DNA of 56,971 nucleotides, counting the filler, from Sphacelaria rigidula (Eukaryota), in the NCBI GenBank assembly GCA_964200075.2. It is 5 parts of 5 records of this genome, joined end to end, with 100 filler letters (N's around TTAATTAATTAA, not from the genome) between each part and the next. Parts side by side here need not be neighbours in the genome. Positions count along the whole stretch, not along the records: positions 22,831 to 34,144 come from CAXNAA020005077.1; positions 34,245 to 45,558 come from CAXNAA020005078.1; 3 more parts are not named here. One strand, written 5' to 3'. A program made the translations under genes and the position numbers. The notes below the pieces were generated by a model. The model was not told the origin of the DNA. It did not search any database and saw nothing but the letters and a program-made list of their open reading frames with translations. Below, one piece after another: positions 25,237 to 38,617 of the stretch; the stretch's first letter is position 1; every line of letters begins with the position of its first letter.

Positions 25237-25888
25237 CTGAACATGGAAGCGCAGTGAGAGGGAAGACGCAAAGGTCAACGATATCGTGTTTCGTTGATAT
25301 TTTCTGTCGGAGGGATGCAACAAGCGAGATCAATCGTTGGGGAGAACCAGACCCATCAATTCTGCATACCATTGAAATCGTTGTCATCAAATTCATGCTG
25401 AAGTTGGAATGAACGCATACATGAAGACCGAAAAATACGGCACGATCATACAATGCCATGAAAACACCGACAGAGTACCCACAGGGGACAAAAGCTGCAA
25501 CAAGAAAAAAATGTTGCGTTTCTTGGAGTGGGGTGATGGCTTGTTGACAGGCGTGAACACTGTGCTACAGTACGGTGAAGTAGTACAAGGATAACCTACT
25601 CTCCGTCACGAGTACAGAGCGCAGGGAAGAGGACACGTCGTGATGATGTCGGATGTTGTCATGACAAGACCGACGAACGATCATAATACGCCAGTGGAAC
25701 GAATGATGCAATCTCCCGTCACACACAAGACACGATATGCACAGTGGGAACCGCATGACATAAAAAAAACATCCCCTGTTGACTACCAAAAAACTCGAAA
25801 CCCTATATGGAAATCCTCCTCTACCGTACAGTAGTCAAGACATTCAGAACATTTCGAAACTCTCCCATCTTCCCACACATGGACGAAC

Positions 25889-26102
25889 CTTGCGAGTGCA
25901 GGAACTCCAAGCCCTCCAAAAGCTGAGCAAAGACGTCCTTCGCGGAGTTCTCGGGCATGGGCGCGAGGTCAAAAAGCTCGCCTCCTTCATACCAAGGCGT
26001 AACCTTATACAAATTTGTCCCGTCGGTTATCGCTTCCTCTAGCTCTTCAAGGTTCGGGTGAGACTGGACCAGCTGCAGAGCGGCCACTTCCTTCAACGGA
26101 TC
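25889..26102 (-). CDS. Ser/Thr protein kinase exon 2 (alphaC to subdomain VIa)
   Basis: TGCAG acceptor, DPLKEVAALQLVQSHPNL...PWYEGGELFD...FAQLLEGLEFLHSQ(G), GTTCGT donor. Confidence 0.9.
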
Positions 26103-27112
26103 CTGCATGTTATTTGAGCGGAAAAATATTTGCCCTCAATATTACATTCAGGAGGAAGCCGCGTGTGACATATCTGCACCTCGAGGTGGGGACAGTCGGA
26201 TGCAAGCGAGCGAGTCTTGTAACGAACGACAGTGCGGACTCGAACGCAGCTGGCCTTCCGATAGACACGAAGGAGGCGGAAATAGTTGCGCATGTAGACG
26301 TATTCGATGGAACACAACAACATCCTGCGGCGACACTCCGGTCCTGTTTCTGTGCACATGTGTCCACACGATGAAGCACTAAGCTGTCAACAGACACATA
26401 GAGGTGGTCGCGCAGATTTATACCAAGACAGCCGTCATGAAGGATCGACTGAACAATCGATACGATACGACTAGTACTCAAGTGGACAGAAGAAGGTCCC
26501 ATAATGATGGGATCACATGGTTAATACCCAATGGCAACATCGCACACCCATTCGTGTATGTTACCCATCCAATACGGTACTAAACCAGTACAGCACATGC
26601 CCTATGGCCAAGCTTCGAGTTTCACCAGTGACGGGCGCACAAGTACGCAATGCCGTGTGCACAGGCTCGATGAGTCCGTGTGATTTGATGTCATGCGCAA
26701 ACACTGACAAATAGAGCAGGCGGGGTATTCGTGTTCCCATCTATGGCTGCTTTCTCGGGGTTACGGAAACAATACGAGACAGGAAGGGTCTCCGCACAGT
26801 TGCTGTGAGAAATCCAAGGCCCACAGCACGCGGACGGTTTCTCGCTACTGCGAAGGAACCCATGTACTGTTCATCGCCCACTGAACCAACCCATAGTTTT
26901 CAGGGCAAGCACGATGACGCATGTATCTTGTACCTCTACCGCACCATGGATCTCGCCCCGGGATCGTGTCTACAAAGATGGATTCAGAGCGGAGAAGCAG
27001 CAGGCGGCACGTTCAGCAGGTGCAACACCATCTGGATTTTTCAAAATATTATGTTTCCGACAAATAGAAAACCCCGCCTCTCCTGCTTTGCTGCTGTACT
27101 GTCGTTGCTCAC

Positions 27113-27499
27113 CTCCCCTGTGAGCTCGCCAAGTTCACGTTGCTGGTAACAAGCCTCAAGCTTCAGCATATCTACGCGGCTTGTCTTAAGGGCCATGGGC
27201 CGCGCCAAGTAGTACCGGAACGCCCGCCCATTGAAGAAAACAACGCTAGACCCTTCGACATCCTGCAAATCCTCACTAAATTTGTCTGAATCCCCATGGA
27301 TACACCATGCCTCGTAGACTTTGCACACAGCACCGAACTGTGTGTCGTGAGACCTCGAGCCCTCCGGACAGAAGAAGCGACGCCCCGACGCGAGCGATAC
27401 AAGTAGGCAACCTTCTCCATCCCCGCGTTCTACGCGTGCATCCGAGAACCTAGCTCGCGGGAAAGCTGGCGGGGGCTTTGCGATATCCGAGGCAGCCAT
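27113..27499 (-). CDS. Ser/Thr protein kinase exon 1 (N-lobe, CAMK-like group)
   Basis: MAASDIAKPPPAFPRARF...TQFGAVCKVY...PMALKTSR...ELTGE, GTGAGC donor, phase 0 into EDPLKE. MALK supplies the beta-3 lysine. The start codon is inferred. Confidence 0.75.
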
Positions 27500-27982
27500 G
27501 GAGATGAAAATGTCAACACTTGGATTACCACAAAGAGATCGCTTCCTGTACGCTGTGAGGTCGTTGGCTGTTGTCTCTTGTCTCTTGTCGTTGTCGTCGT
27601 CGTCGTCGTTTCTCCTTCTGCTGCTGCTGCTACTGCTTCTCCTGCACCGACTGCTGTCTGTGAATCCTCGGCGTGGAGAACAACGGACTGCTAACGTCTG
27701 TGTGAAGTACTGATGGGGTCGGCTCTTCAGCTTTCTGCGTACAGATGCGGCCTTTGTGAGTGAGGGCAAAAGGCAGCTGGATTGTGACGAGGGAAGTGTG
27801 GAGATATTGGGGTAAGACCCCCGAAATCCCTGACTATAGTCATGATCCTCTAAACCGTCTGAACCATTTCAATACCAGTTGTACTGTAGTCTTGGGGCAT
27901 GTCTTATTTCGGAACAGTATACAGGACGTGGGATGCGTATTTCGAAAAAATATTAGTATTTCAAAATTCGACTTGATGGTCG

Positions 27983-28192
27983 ATGAGGGGAAGGGGCTGC
28001 TGAGCTCCTCCTCTCGCAAGCAAACATAAAGGCAAGCACAACAGAAGAAAGGTGGAGAACCAAAACAAATAAACAAACAAACCAAAAACTCCTGTGTTGG
28101 CCTTCCCCCTGTGTGACCTCGGCTGGTGCGCCCACAATATACCGACAAGTGTAGACCGGCGTCCAGAATAGATGGGACGACAACAGACACAC
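27983..28192 (+). mobile_element. tRNA-derived SINE, family 1, 5'-truncated copy
   Basis: AAACTCCTGTGTTG...GTGTAGACCGGCGTCCAGAATAGATGGGACGACAACAGACACACA matches the 3' half of 672-1029. Confidence 0.8.
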
Positions 28193-31100
28193 ATCGATAT
28201 GCTATTTATTACAATAATGGGTAGATGGCAGCTAACCGCTTCTTTTTGTTTCTATCCGACTCTGAGGTTCGATACTGTACTGCAATATACCACAGAGTGT
28301 GCAATATTTCATGTGCTGGGATGTGTGTTCTGCTTCGTTGAGTTACTATAAATAGCTCTCATAATAACTCTCTATCTCGCGAAAACATTGTTTTTGTTAT
28401 AATATTCGTGTTGCGGAATCACGATTTTTGAAGGAAAAAGCGCCCCCTTTTTCCAGCTGCTATTTTCACCTCGAAATCGCGGCAAAAATGTGTGCTTCCG
28501 CATATGCACACTCGTACTTTCTTTGGGGGAACGGGGGGCTGAAAACCTTCCAAAATAGTTCAAGGAAGGTCGGGGGGGGATTAATAGTAAGGTCGTCCAT
28601 ATGAAAGTCATTTCCCCATGACTTCACGTCTGGGAAAGCACTATGATACTAGCTGTTGTTTTTTTGTTTTTTGGAGTTTAACCAGTTGAACCTCATTTTC
28701 ATGTTCAACTCCCATTTCGCAGGATCTTCTGTTTGATGGTGTGGTATATTCATCAAAAACTCAGAAAGCCCTCCTTTATTGTGATATTTTCGCTTGTAAC
28801 TTTTTGTAAAAACGCTCCTCCTATGATCCTCAAAAACTTGACAGTTTGGTACAAGTTGGGAAACGGGACCTGACTTTATTTAAACGCAACTTTCTTTTAC
28901 GGTGTATCCTTACTGATTGATGCGATAGCGTCAACGCGATTTCCGGGTGTACTATTATTTTGATGGCCTGTCTCAAATACCACAACTTGGTAATCTCGAA
29001 TATATTACGGTCATCTTCTATTGGGGGGGGGGGCTAACACCGCGAAAGGCACTTTGGATTCGGGGTGTCTACGCCGAGTTTCCCGTAGGGAACACGTTCT
29101 TGCTCCTCCCTTTTACTCAGAATGGAGCCCAGGGGAGTTTGGCATTTTCGACACGGAAGACCCCCATGAAGTTGTGCTGTACGCACCAGCACGAGCATAT
29201 TTATATACAGAGCAGAACCCGTAATACAATCGCATAGCAGTCATGTACCACCGAACCACCTACGAGTGAAACACTCGATCTTTGCAGTGCGTAAGCAATG
29301 AGCAAACCTAGCCAGACCGCAAAAGCCAAGTAAGGATCAAAATGCCCACGTTAAGGGGATTGGCGACATCGCTGGGTATGATGTGTGCATTGAATTTCGG
29401 AAACAACAGCTACCGAGTCGTTATTGCAGTCAAATCGCACGATCGTAGCAACCGCTCGCCGACAGCCCTGCAACACAGCTGCTGCAACAACAGAGTGCTC
29501 GTTCGCGGGGGAGCAAGTACACGGGAAAGCAGGACTGCTATCGGTCAGAAACATCAACCAGAGGTAATGAAGTGAGGAAATTTCATGGGGTGCGGTGTGC
29601 TGCGCTGTACTTCACTGCTGGATTCTGAACTATACACTATGTTCCAGAGAGAGCACAGTAGTACAGCCGTGTGTCTTGTCTTCAGGTGGTATTCACCGTA
29701 TGCACCAGGTGATGAGAGGAAGGGTATCATGCGCAAGCATGTGCGCGTGGGTTCGCTGTTGGTTGATGCGACCGCAGTATCAGGACGAAGGGCTTTCCTA
29801 GTGAACTCGGAATATCCCGTGTCCTACTGGACCATCTGTTTCGTGATAAGGGTTGGGCAGGTTCGGGCCATATATACTTCGTAGTGTATTGTACTGTACT
29901 GTAGTGGGTACTGCTGTCCATTGTCCTGTTTTGACTTTGATATACGCGGTAGGATGAGACAAAGTTCGCGCGTTGGAACAAACACCCGACCAACAATAGG
30001 ATTGGGTTGCAGCGATGGCAAGCTGTTGCGTTACGAGGGGAGAGCGGCTGCCCTTCGCTGAAGCGAATGTCGAGAAATAGATGTACACATCTTCAGGAAA
30101 TAGGCACGTTTCACACCCACTTTCCACTCTACAGGTACACTGTAATTGCAGAAGAACTGCAGCCAGTATCGGTAACAACCGTTCGCATCCGTTGATCGCG
30201 TGCTTGTTTTTCGTCCACAACCACGGTGCAGTAGCAGTCAGCGCAGATTTTCGTCATTACGGCAGCAGTTGCAAGCACTTGTGTGCTGCATGTGCATACA
30301 AGTAGGTGTTGACGAAGATTGGGCTAATCGTGCTCGTAAGACAGGAGAAACCCAACCGTATGTATATATATAGGCACAAACGCCCAATTCGAACTCTGAA
30401 TGAACCCTCGTCATATACACAACATCTAGAGCGACTCGCTGGGCTCCGAGCCGACCAGATGCGATATACATGCTGGTCTTTCCAAGACACAAAAGAGCGT
30501 GTAATTTTAACGTGACAACTCACATCTGAAGAAAATCCCTCTGGAGAAAACGTCCGCGCCCCTGGTATGTGTCCTTGAACGAGGTTGTGGTCTGCAGTTC
30601 AATACCGTTGCGTGACTACTGTCCAGCCAAGATGCGGTGGAGAGCGTAACGGTCGTGCTTTCGCCTTCTTAAAAATCGCGGTGTAACAGTGTAGTTGAAA
30701 GCTTTGACCGTTCGGGTGGGTCATGTAGGTCTTGAAGTCATATTTCGAGATAAATGATGCCGATTCAACACCATGTCTACGTGCTCTGGCGATCATGTGT
30801 CAACGATGCGGTGGTGTTACAACATACCTTTTGAACGCTAAGGTGGTGCATTTGTTAAACTGACATTGTGTCCACTTCACAAAATAGACGTCGAGACCCA
30901 GATTTCCCTTGCCGACGGTCGAAGAGTTGAATCGTGGCTGTTCGGAGAAGACCGCGAACTAGAAGACAGCAACACTGAGTAAGATTTCTGTACAGCTTGT
31001 CAATCAATGGTAAACGTCGTTGCGCAGTGACACGCGACCTGTCCGTGGAGACACAAATGTTGTACTGCAGTTACCAGTGTGTTGATCCACCCTTGTTTAT

Positions 31101-31884
31101 TCTTCCGCCGATACTGCCAGATTGAAACAAAAGTTGCGAAACGCTCTGGCGCACAGAACAAACTCGTGACGGAATCACAATTTTGAGAACATCCAAGTAT
31201 TCTGCTCCTGCCCCGGCCGCGCGTTTTGCTATCGCTGCTGAGCACTGATACTGACACCCAGCTGTACCTGATGTACGGTGGAGCACTTAGCGAACGTGAG
31301 CGTCAGCTGGGATGAAACTCCCAATATCATCGTATCTGTTCTTCTTTTGCAAGAAAAATGACGCATGCACGACGACATTTGGGGCTCAAATCTCTGCACC
31401 CTGTTTGCCCCACCGACGACTGTACAAGATGCCAGGGATATGGGGTCTGAAGTTCAGGTCACAGGTACCATGCTCGAAAGTCGCGCTCGAATGACCCCTT
31501 GTAGACAAGAAAAGTCATGAACCGTAGATTTGATTGACCAAAGTTGGGAAAACCTGCCTTCTGCTGCAAGCAGGAATCGGCTTTGCTGATAATCAAAACC
31601 TTGACGTATTCATGTGGTTTGCCCCGTTTTGATCCTTTTGCAGGATCTAGAACGCATGGTCGGTATGTGCATGATCCATGCTCGTGCTCGAGTGTCTACT
31701 CATGTGCTGTTGCCTCCTTGTTGTCTTGAGGTATGCCTACCGAGGCATGATGTTGCCCGAGTTGCTGAACGTGGGTTTTTGCCAGAAAAACTCAGGGATG
31801 TCTTGAAAAAAGCTGTGAGAGGTGGCGCCAGACGACGTATCGTTTTTCATCAACATACCCCCCTCCCACACACGTTGGAGGTGC

Positions 31885-34049
31885 CTCTATCAGGAGTAGG
31901 AACGGTGCTCCGTCTCGAAAGGGATACGTGGTCAATGGTCAAACGACTAAGGCAAGCAACAAATGAGTACGCCCCCCCCCCCTCCCACACACGCGCGCCC
32001 CTCCGACGCGTATGACACGTTTCCTTTTGTTTCATGCCGCAGCTCGGAGCCAGCTTGCGTCCACGAGCTTCGTATCACCTCGCCAGGAAGACCTTCCATG
32101 CCTCCACCATCATGGCCGTCGCAATTTCCTACAGCGCCACTAGATTGCCCCGCCGAAAGTTCGCCAAGGGCATGCTGGCGTTAGATACCTTTGTTGTGGC
32201 GGCAGAATTATTGCGACTCCGCGTACGGGCCGTCAACAGAGCAATGTTAAGGTACGAACAGTTGGGATAGTTGTGCAAATGAGGTTACCCTTTGCTCTTG
32301 TTGTTGTTCCTGCTGCTGCTGCTGCTGCTGCTACTAGGTGACCGGAACACCCACGCCGCACCCTGCCTGCGAGGTTGCACTGTTTGAGAAAATACTAACC
32401 TCGTCCCCCCCACTCTATTTCCTTTCTCCCAGCTAGTCCGGATCCCGGGGTTCCCAGAACGCTTCGGTCTGTAGGACCCCGCGTGATCGGTCATCCGAAA
32501 CGAAATAATAACAAAGTATAACGGGCAAGAATGAGCGCGGATTCCGGAAGGGTTAGCTGTGCAGAATTCTGTCTCGAAGCTCTTGGAAACGGCGTGAGAC
32601 TCTTGGAGCAGACGTGAAATCGTGTTGAAAGTGTGGTGAAATTGACTGAAATGTCAACCAGAAAGTCGCACGTTTCTGACCCTGATGAACAGTACGATGT
32701 CGCATATGTGGGTCAATCCCTCCAACGTAGTCCTGGGAGCGTCTCCTCGATCGAAACGCCGACCACGCTCTGCCCTGATGGCGCATGTACAACGACGCAG
32801 CAAAACATACGGGGCCTCCTCTCCCCCCAGGAGATTTCAACTAACTAGATCCTGTAGACTTCGGAAGACCCCTTTTTCGCACGCTTTCAATGACCCGCCA
32901 ACTGGGGGGGGAGCACGCCAATGTGTTCATCATATGAAATTTTACAACGGAGCGTTCAAGGGTTGTACACACTTCGTACTGTCGTATGTCTATCTGCGTT
33001 TGTGCGCGTGGACAAGATATCGGCCGAAAAACTCATGATCTAGTTTTTCGATTGGACCAGCACCTGGTTCGGTCGATAGTGCGTGAGGTGGAGGCGTCGG
33101 TTGTACTGTATCTGCTTCATCGTCTTCGACGTGTGTCTTCGACGTGAGCACATGGTTTCAAGACAACTCTGCCTGTGACGTACAGCATGTGGTGTGCCCT
33201 ATCCACTCAACCATCTCAGTGCCCTTCGACCCCTCCCCCGTCCCGCCGTGTATTGTGCCGACCCTTTCATGTTTCATGTTTTGGTTCCTGCAGCGTCTTC
33301 GGTGCCTTCATGCGCGTGCATGAACTCAAGAAGTTCAGTGGCATCATGTGAGCTCAAGGTCTGACGTTCGGTGAATGAAGTTGCGTTTGAAGGCAGAGGA
33401 AAACTAAGTGTTGGGCAGATAGGCAATCAGACAGACAACGACCGGACAAAAAGGAGCGCTCTACTGTTGTACTGTGGCTTGACGTGTCGTTGCACCTTCC
33501 AAGGCACGAGATGTACCGCTTTTGCGGGACAGTCTGCGCATTCGATCACTCTATGACATGAGGCCAAATTATGGTTTCTCGTGGTGGATCGTGAAGTTGT
33601 TGCCTTTGCGGGTACCGTACACACCCGCGGAAGAGGGGTTTGCGGGGGAGGCGGGGGGTGTACTCATTTTTTTCCTGCCTTGGCCATTTGACCATGGACC
33701 AATCATCCCTTTCGAGACGGAGCATCACCCCTACTCCTGATAGAGACGCCCCAAACAACCGGGCACTCATCACGTTTCTTTCATTTATGACGAGGGCACA
33801 AACACCTTTCACATATCGTCTCTCATCTCCCGTTTCGCAGTCTGTGGCCATCATCTATCTCCTAGCATAGCCATCGTTTTCACGCTACTGTCTACTGTAC
33901 CAAACGATTTCATGCCACCTTCATCTACAGTACTTCCCACATTTCCCCCGCTAACACGTCGGGAGGGGGAGGGGGGTGCATACTCATTTGTTGCTTGCCT
34001 TAGTAGTTTGACCATTGATCCATCACGCATCCCTTTCGAGACGGAGCAA
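31885..34049. repeat. Short dispersed repeat, three copies (about 31885-31990 on the minus strand; about 33645-33750 and 33965-34049 on the plus strand)
   Basis: Shared core GGGGG.GTACTCATTT.TTGC.TGCCTT...TTTGACCAT.GA.CA...ATCCCTTTCGAGACGGAGCA. Confidence 0.75.
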
Positions 34050-34144
34050 GGAGGGGGGGGGGGGGGGGTAGCATTACGTAGTTGATTTCACTACTCTCTT
34101 GCGTAACCCTTATCCTGTTACGAAGATACTAGTGGTGGCATGCA

Positions 34145-34244
34145 NNNNNNNNNNNNNNNNNNNNNNNNNNNNNNNNNNNNNNNNNNNNTTAATTAATTAA
34201 NNNNNNNNNNNNNNNNNNNNNNNNNNNNNNNNNNNNNNNNNNNN
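34145..34244. other. Artificial contig spacer
   Basis: N44-TTAATTAATTAA-N44. Confidence 0.98.
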
Positions 34245-36584
34245 TTAGCACGTGTATAACTTCGAAGACCACTTCCCTGACGGTGCCCCAAAGTGGATGA
34301 CAACGATATATATATATATATATATATATATTACGAGTCATCCTACGATAGGGGGTGTACTCATGGTTTTGCATGCCATAGTCGTAAGACCATTGACCTC
34401 GCATCCCTATCAAGCCGGGACGGAGCACGCCGGGTTTTTGCCGGACGAGGCTCGTAATCCATCATCAAGCGCGAAGCGCCGTGGTGTGCTCGGCGAGTTG
34501 CATGAGGGGTGAGCTGCATCCTGCTAAAGTTGTTCGGCCCGAAGAGTACTGACTGAGTGACTCGCATTTGGATGACAGTCTCCAATGAGTTGCCTTATTT
34601 TCTGGTAACGCCACTCCCAGAGACAGCCACGGCTTATACACTGTCTCATGGGTGCCGATATAGGGGAGGGGGGGGTGATTGCATGAAAAACGAGGCTCAT
34701 AGGTGTGCCTGGAGACCTACTGTCACACTCGCGGTGAGCTTGAATTTGGTTCAAAACGGTGTCAAGCAGTATACATGAGCGTTATATATCTATAACAAGC
34801 TCGTTTTTGAAGAAACGTTGCTGCTTTCAACGACGATTTGACTTGGAATTTCGTGCAAGAAGTGGCCCGAAATACCCCCCCTATCGTGACCCTTACACAT
34901 ATACCGCGTCCCTTCCTTTCCTTTTCTTTTCTTGGGAACCACCCCTCAAAAATACGTCATCATTCAGTTAGTTGCCGTTGTACAGGGTACATCGTGTGAC
35001 GAGGAACACCGGGGAGAGAAGCAGTCCACAATAAATACGTGGAAAAAAGACAGAATAAAGATCGAAAGAAGATCGAAATTCGGCGTATTAAGAGAAAACG
35101 TGGCTTCCTTGAAATTCGCACCCTCTCCTTCTTACGTCGCGATTTCTTTCGATATTACTAAGAAATATTGAAATAGGGATATATATTTTTTCACATACTT
35201 ACGCAGACACGCCGAATCGTCTCCGTCTGCGTGCCAATGCGTACATAACAGACGGATCGGTCTTTATTTTTCTTTTGTCCCCAGGAGACAGGTGGGAACC
35301 CTCCCTCACCGTACACTTCGCTGTTCATAGTTTCGTACAGCTCTTTCGGGTGCGCTCCACATTACCGCCGCTTCGAACTCAGCCCTCAATCGGAATGGTC
35401 ATCCATTTCTGTTGTACGGGGTAGGCACCAAGGGGAATGTGCTGCCGCCCAACCCATGTATAGTCTCGGACTTGGATTATACGTCATCCTCACCGAGACA
35501 ACTTACTTGAGATGTCCCCCCTGCTCGACTCCGTACACGCATCACCCTGCCCATCCGGGCGTTGATCCTCAACGGACGGGGAGGTATTGTGCGTGAAAAC
35601 GCGCAAGCTTCGCACAACTACCCAGCATATTTTTTTTGCGGCCGAATGGCAATCACATCCTGCAGCAGTGCAGGGTGTGATCGATAGCTTACACTGAATG
35701 TTGAAGCAGCCAACGGATGCAAGCCGCGCGAAAAGGCTTACTGTACTGTACCCTTGCGAATCATCACCTGAGCTGAAACGCATTAAAACCCTGGGTGTTT
35801 GAAACACTCTCGGCGTACGCCCCGGGTCATGGGCCGACAAACGGGGACGGGTGATGAAAATACGGTGGTGGAAAAGTAAGTGCTCGTGGAAACTGGGGGT
35901 GCGCGCAATCTGTATATTTAGGTAGTATTATAGTACAAAAATACACTGTAGTTCCCATGTCAGCACACGCTCGCTGTAGATGGTGAATCGTTCTCGGTAC
36001 TGCTAGATGAAAATTTCAAACTCGTCGCTGCGCTCCAGCAAATTGGTTTGTGGCACATGTGCAGCTGGTAGCAATCGTGATCATGGTCGCGAACCGACAA
36101 TCAGCGATGCCTTCCACGGCAGAAAAGGAAAATCTCGAGGGTTACGAATGCTTCGCACCAGAAAAACGGCGCAAATACACACCCAACATGGCACCGTAAT
36201 ATCCGGCACAGACGACGGAATCCATGAGGACAAACGAACATGGCGAGATGTTTTTCGAAAAGCGTCAACAGCTGAGAAATCAACTGCAGCACTCGAAATT
36301 TAAATTTGTGATGGCTGTAATACTAAGGCCAGCCAGAGAACTCTCGATAATCCGATGCGCACTTCAAAAAAAGATGCGAAAATCACGTTCCCCAAAATGC
36401 CCACATCGGTCGACATCGCAAAGCCAGAACGGCAAACAACACAAGAATCACTCCTTCCCCCCCGTACTCGGGCATCTCCCTTCTCATGGGCTCCATGATG
36501 CCAAGGCAACCACCTCAAACCCACAGATGAACCAATGATGTCCCATGCACATCCAAAGCAGGTACGCGAAAATCCAAAATAGCA

Positions 36585-36876
36585 CCCACGGGAAGGTTAC
36601 ACACACGAACGACACGGTTTCTTCACACAGCGTACGAGTGCCCATGGAAAGGCTACGAACACTAAACGACACGGTTTCATCACACACGTAGGGTAAAATA
36701 ATCTAGCATTACCCTAATGACCATCAACACGTAAGGGAAATCATTCCAGCACATAAGGTAAAATAATCCAGCATTACCGAAATAGTCATCAACACGTAAG
36801 GTAAAACAATCCAGCATTACTCAAATAGTCATCATCACTTGGGGTCAAACAATCCAGCATTACCCAAATAACCAGC
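36585..36876. repeat. Two adjacent minisatellites downstream of the dehydrogenase stop codon
   Basis: Two ~57-bp units (CCCA.GG.AAGG.TAC...AACGACACGGTTTC.TCACACA), then 4-5 units of up to ~43 bp (CACGTAAGGTAAAA.AATCCAGCATTAC..AAATAGTCATCAA). Confidence 0.8.
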
Positions 36877-37125
36877 AGCGCTTGAGCAATACTTTCCCCG
36901 CATCCCCCATCTGTAATTATTCGCACAGCACACACATACATGTCCCCGTAGGGACAGCTGGTCTAGCCCGACCAACAATGAACGATATGCAACGCTAGAG
37001 CCAAACACGAAGTTGCTCGCCGATTCGCTTGCTCATACCAAACGAAGACGCTACTTAAGAAAATGAAGTGGGCAATTCTATCGTGTACAATAACAAGCGC
37101 GAATCGTCATTGACCAAAGCTCTCT

Positions 37126-37480
37126 TTACTTGCTAGTCATGAGGGCATCGGGAGACACCCAGTTGGGGCTCTCCGCCAGCTGCACGCGCATCGTCTTGGC
37201 CTCTGGGCTCGAGATCCAGTCGTTAATCTTCCCGGTGCCCGACAAAAACTCCCTGAACACCGACCCCTCCGGCGCCAGGCTCGTAAGCTCCGGCACGTCC
37301 TTGGGCAGGCACACGCCTCCGTACGGGGCGCCCACGCGTAGACCGTACTTTCGGCTGAGGAAGCACTCGGCCGTGGTGGATACGAGGTACAGCACCTTCT
37401 GCGCGTCGATGCTGGGGTCGAGATGGTTGGCTAAGCCGTAGATGCAGTTGGCGAAGGAGATCTTGAGGCCGTTAGCGTAG
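37126..37480 (-). CDS. GMD: GDP-mannose 6-dehydrogenase (UDP-glucose/GDP-mannose dehydrogenase family), exon 3
   Basis: CCAG acceptor, (N)YANGLKISFAN...GAPYGGVCLPKD...LMTSK then TAA. Contains the catalytic Cys motif GGxCLPKD. Confidence 0.92.
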
Positions 37481-38267
37481 CTGGCGGGAGTGGAAGGGAG
37501 GGGGGGGGGAGGAAGGGGGGTTACTTCAGTTGTTAATAATGTTTGATGATTCTCGATTTGATGACACAAACTTGTGCGTTAATAACGGGCTTGTCGCAAA
37601 GGCGCAAACACCACTGTCTGCTTTGCGTGGTCAGTACGTCTAACTTCACCATGTCTGCTTCGCAAAGCCAATATGTCTACCTTCGGCGGATGCAGTAAGT
37701 TTACACCGGGCATAATTATTTTCTGCGGCATTTACCGGAACACAAAGCCTCCCGTGAAGCAATCATATCCTTCGCTTTGGGACGCTGATGACTTCCACGG
37801 CCCAGCACTATTAATACCTTCGTGGACTTCGTACCACCTGTAGTGAATTCTGATCGTTGATCTATACCTGCGATGCCTGGCAATCACAAAATACGGCCAA
37901 GTCTTGATGTAGCTTCGACTGTGTGAGGACAAATGCGGTGTAGTCGGGGATCAACCCCCATTCTTCTCGTGAACAAATGAAAAGGGAGAGTTTTTCTTCT
38001 GAAATCTACCTGTTCATGGCGCTAAATTTAGAGCCGAAAAACTGTACTTTTGAACCAATACGGTCAATAACACCCTCCTGATAAAAAGAGGTTTTCACCC
38101 CGTATCACCCCGACAACACCAGCTTGGGGACTGTGTCCCAAGCACAACCTGTCCATTTTCCCAATATATATATCGAGTCTAGCACTTTCGAGTGCTAAAG
38201 AAGAGTATGCGAGAAAAACTAGCAACACCTAATGACGAAATTTATCCAGTTTGCCGGCCGACCACTA

Positions 38268-38617
38268 TAGGTCATCTGAGTCCATGGGAGGGAGGTTCGG
38301 AGTTCAAGGGTCAAAACGCTTGTAGATCAACCAGAACTGAAACACTTACCGTGGGACAAGGGTCTGTCAAATATATATTTCGGGACACGTAGGCCCCAAG
38401 ATCGAAAATTCGAGTTTTTGAGGGGGGGGAGGGGGACACCCAGCCTGTTGTCCCCTAGTTTTTGCCAAGGCGTTGGTGGATGCGGTCAGGTGCCGTGTAC
38501 AGATATTCTTGGCATGGAGACCGCTGAGATGACGGACATACCGCCCCTCCAATCTCATCACCTACCATGATTACGTTCATGGGCTCAAGTTCCGTGTCCT
38601 GTGCCTCGATTACCTAT
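38268..38617. mobile_element. Small insertion with a perfect 8-bp target-site duplication (hAT-like MITE)
   Basis: GACCACTA|TAGGTCATCTGAG ... CTCGATTACCTAT|GACCACTA. It sits in the terminus of an older mariner-type MITE (about 37840-38267) related to 45831-46383. Confidence 0.65.

Noticed and set aside
24885..25412. 175-aa plus-strand ORF (similarly 39058-39682, 37130-37441, 42470-42973)
   Set aside because: Antisense shadows of the GC-rich kinase and dehydrogenase exons.
32633..32848. GIY-YIG-like YVGQS motif suggesting a Penelope endonuclease
   Set aside because: Only five residues match. The upstream GIY and downstream Arg/His pattern are missing and no reverse transcriptase is nearby.
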